64,000 bases of DNA from Planctomycetota bacterium (lineage in GTDB: Bacteria > Planctomycetota > UBA1135 > UBA2386), in the NCBI GenBank assembly GCA_046290465.1, contig JBKAGP010000001.1, positions 6,176,001 through 6,240,000 on the forward strand. The letters run 5' to 3'. Shown in pieces: positions 61,345 to 64,000 of the stretch. Position 1 is the stretch's first letter; every line of letters begins with the position of its first letter. The notes under the pieces are model-generated. The model was not told the origin of the DNA. It made no database searches and saw only the letters and a program-made list of their open reading frames with translations. A program made the position numbers and the translations under genes.

Positions 61345-62306
61345 GCACGCCCTCCGACAAGCAGGCGGCGGACAAGCAGACGGCCGACAAGCAGACGGTC
61401 AGCCTGGTGATCTCGGTCTGGAACCGCAAGGACGACCTGCGCGAGAACCTCGCCGCGATCCGCAAGCAGACAGTGCCGGCCGACCAGGTGATCGTGGTCG
61501 ACAACGACTCGAGCGACGGCACGCCGGAGATGGTGATCGCCGAGTTCCCCGAGGTGCATCTGATCCGCATGCCGCACTCCGACTACGGCGCGTGCGAGAC
61601 GTTCAACGTCGGCTTCTCGTCGGCGAAGGGGGACTTCGTCGGCATCCTCGACGACGACGTGATCCTGCCCGAGACGTTCGTCGAACGCATGGTGCAGAAG
61701 TTCGCCGAGGAGCCGGAGACCACCGCGATCCTGTCGCCAAAGGTGATCGAGCCGGAGATGCCGGACTGGTACCTGCAGAGCGAGACGCTGCACCAGGAGC
61801 GCTACCTGGCGACCTTCCGCGGCTGCGGCTCGATGGCGCGCGCCGAGGCGATCCGCAAGGCGAACTGGTACGACATCCGCTTCTTCATCTTCGGCAACGA
61901 GCGCGACCTGACCACGCGGCTGCTCAACCTCGGCTACCGGGTCAAGATGTTCCCAAAGGTCGAGGTGTTCCACAAAGCGCCGTTCGGCATGCGCCACGGC
62001 AAGCGCAGCCTCTACTACCACGTCCGCAACTTCTGGCTCTACGCGTTCAAGTACCTGCCGTGGGGCCAGGTGCTGAGCTTCCCGTTCAAGTTCCTCGGCA
62101 AGGGCCTCGGCGGGAAGAAGAAGTCGGACGGCGGCGAGGTCGGCGACGCGGTCGGCACGATCGGCCTGTTCGACAACATCAAGGGCGTGAAGTGGGGCTA
62201 CTGGATCTGCCTGAAGGCGACCCTGAACGCGATCTGCAACCTGCCGTACTGCCTCAAGCACCGGCAGGTCTGCAAGCACCCGGACTTCGAGCCGCCGCTG
62301 AAGTAG
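61341..62306 (+). CDS. Glycosyltransferase family 2
   Basis: VISVWNR, VDNDSSDGT, LDDD, GNERDL. Confidence 0.92.
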   Translation: MSTPSDKQAADKQTADKQTVSLVISVWNRKDDLRENLAAIRKQTVPADQVIVVDNDSSDGTPEMVIAEFPEVHLIRMPHSDYGACETFNVGFSSAKGDFVGILDDDVILPETFVERMVQKFAEEPETTAILSPKVIEPEMPDWYLQSETLHQERYLATFRGCGSMARAEAIRKANWYDIRFFIFGNERDLTTRLLNLGYRVKMFPKVEVFHKAPFGMRHGKRSLYYHVRNFWLYAFKYLPWGQVLSFPFKFLGKGLGGKKKSDGGEVGDAVGTIGLFDNIKGVKWGYWICLKATLNAICNLPYCLKHRQVCKHPDFEPPLK

Positions 62307-62320
62307 CGGCGGCGGGCCGT

Positions 62321-63112
62321 TCAGTACGCCGGCACGACGACGTTCGTCAGGATCGGCCGCGCGCCGGTGATCAAGCTGGCGCGGAACGTCGCGCGGAACT
62401 GCAGGAACGGCAGGCCGTCGGCGATGTCGGGGCTCGGAGCCCACAGGGTCGCCTCCAGGCCGGTTGCGTCGACGGCGCCGCGCCACTCGATCTGGATGTC
62501 GGTGTCGAACGGCTGCACCTTGGCGACCAGCGGCGCGCCGTAGTCGGGGGTCGGCAGGAAGATGCTGCTGCCCTGCAGCCACGGCGAGGTCGCGTCGCTG
62601 AACGGGTTGCCGGCCACGGGCGCGGCGGCGATCAGCTGCTGGTAGCCCTGCACGAACGTGCCGGTGTAGTCGTCCTGCACCCGCATCGTGAAGTCGCAAC
62701 CAGCGAACGTATCGCTCAGCACGGTGCTGCCGCCGTTGCTGGCGCGCAGCAGGCCGTTCGGCGCGGTGGGGTCGAGCACGAACGCCTGCCCGTAGACGGT
62801 CAGCCCGTGGGGGAGGTTGCTCGGCAGCTGGGTGGCGTGGATCGCCGCGGCCGGGCCGATGACCCCGACGTGCGGTGCGTTCATCACCGGCGTGAACCCG
62901 AGCTGCACCTCGACGCCGAGCACGTGGACCGGACCGCTCGCGACGTCGAAGAAGATGGCGTAGGGTGCGCCGACCTGGGGGCTGGTCAGCAACGACGGGA
63001 CGATCGCCGGCGCGACGCTGGTCCGGGCCTGCATCCACAGCTTCGGTGCCTGGGCCGTGACGGTCGTGAGCAGGCCGCAGCCCGCGAGCAGAGTTCTCCA
63101 TGCCTTTTTCAT
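62321..63112 (-). CDS. Exported hypothetical protein
   Basis: Signal MKKAWRTLLAGCGLLTTVTAQ; GLTVYGQAFVLDP...RASN motif. Confidence 0.75.
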   Translation of the reverse strand: MKKAWRTLLAGCGLLTTVTAQAPKLWMQARTSVAPAIVPSLLTSPQVGAPYAIFFDVASGPVHVLGVEVQLGFTPVMNAPHVGVIGPAAAIHATQLPSNLPHGLTVYGQAFVLDPTAPNGLLRASNGGSTVLSDTFAGCDFTMRVQDDYTGTFVQGYQQLIAAAPVAGNPFSDATSPWLQGSSIFLPTPDYGAPLVAKVQPFDTDIQIEWRGAVDATGLEATLWAPSPDIADGLPFLQFRATFRASLITGARPILTNVVVPAY

Positions 63113-63408
63113 GCACGGAGATAGGTGTGCTGCTCGCCCGAGGTCACAGCCCGCTGCGCGAAATCGCTCAAGGTTTTTCGAGATCGATCCGGCCGTCCTC
63201 CGGATTTCGGCGCCTTGGCGCTATCGGGCTGTTTGCGAGTCAGCCCGGTGGTGGTTCACCCCGTTCCGATCGACCGACCAGGCCCCTCCGGAACGGGTGA
63301 GTCAGAAGTGATGAGCAAGGGTCAGGTGGCCGCGCCGCAGGGGTGCGGCCACCTGCTTTTTTGTACGGCCTACCGGGGGCGCGGCTAGCATGCTCGGGCC
63401 TCCAACCC

Positions 63409-64000
63409 GTGCTCTCCGCGATCGTCGTCAACTGGAACGGGCAGGATTACCTGCCTGAGTGTCTCGATGCCCTTCTGGCGCAAGACCCTGCGCCGTCGGA
63501 GGTAATCGTCGTCGACAACCACTCGGACGACCGTTCGCGCGAGGTCGTCGCCGAACACTACCCCCAGGTCACGCTGGTCGACACCGGCTTCAACGGAGGG
63601 CCGTGCCACGCCCGCAACGTCGGCGCGCAGCACGCCAGCCACGAGCGGGTGCTGTTCGTCGACAACGACGTCGTGCTGCACGACGGCGCGATCGCGGCGC
63701 TGCTCGGGTGCATGGACCAGGACGAGCGGATCGCGATGGTCCAGGCCCGCTCGGTCTGCGGCGACGATCCGGGCGTGGTGCACTACGACGGCGGCGACCT
63801 GCACTTCCTCGGCACGCTGGTGCTGCGCAACTGGTACCGCCCGATCGCCGAGGCTCAGGACCCCGAAGGCCCGGTCGGGGCCGGCATCGCGCTGTGCTTT
63901 CTGGCCAAGAAGTCCGCCTACGAGCAGGTCGGCGGCTTCGACGAGAACCTGTTCATCCTCTACGAGGACAACGAGTTCTCCTACAAGCTGCGCATGCGCG
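63409..64000 (+). CDS. Glycosyltransferase family 2, 3'-partial
   Basis: Not in ORF track; GTG at 63409 reads LSAIVVNWNGQDYLPECL...VDNHSDD...VDND...GGFDENLFILYED and runs off the window. Confidence 0.88.
   Translation, partial: MLSAIVVNWNGQDYLPECLDALLAQDPAPSEVIVVDNHSDDRSREVVAEHYPQVTLVDTGFNGGPCHARNVGAQHASHERVLFVDNDVVLHDGAIAALLGCMDQDERIAMVQARSVCGDDPGVVHYDGGDLHFLGTLVLRNWYRPIAEAQDPEGPVGAGIALCFLAKKSAYEQVGGFDENLFILYEDNEFSYKLRMR

Overview
A very GC-rich bacterial chromosome segment, about 53 CDS. A Planctomycetota-like origin is inferred (not proven) from the purA-uppS-cdsA-phoH-ybeY gene order and the many exported hypothetical proteins. No rRNA, tRNA or CRISPR array was recognised. Housekeeping genes: leuB-like, purA, uppS, cdsA, phoH, ybeY, lysA, lon, nth, hldE, gph-like. 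Regulators: FliA/WhiG sigma factor, GAF sigma54 activator with a consensus -24/-12 promoter downstream, YafY/WYL regulator with a DinB gene, HD-GYP-like protein, and a divergent ECF-like protein. A glycosyltransferase cluster sits at the right end, and a lower-GC islet (about 41.1-43.6 kb) carries a decayed ISKra4-type transposase. Top observations: (1) a tandem pair of structured RNA-like units upstream of lon, with different stem sequences but the same fold and a near-identical 18-19 nt loop; (2) an exported protease with three HtrA domains in one chain, only the third catalytically intact, next to an exported DnaJ-type zinc-finger protein; (3) an unnamed domain shared by three exported proteins; (4) a REP-like palindrome family. 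All calls come from reading motifs by eye, with no database searches.
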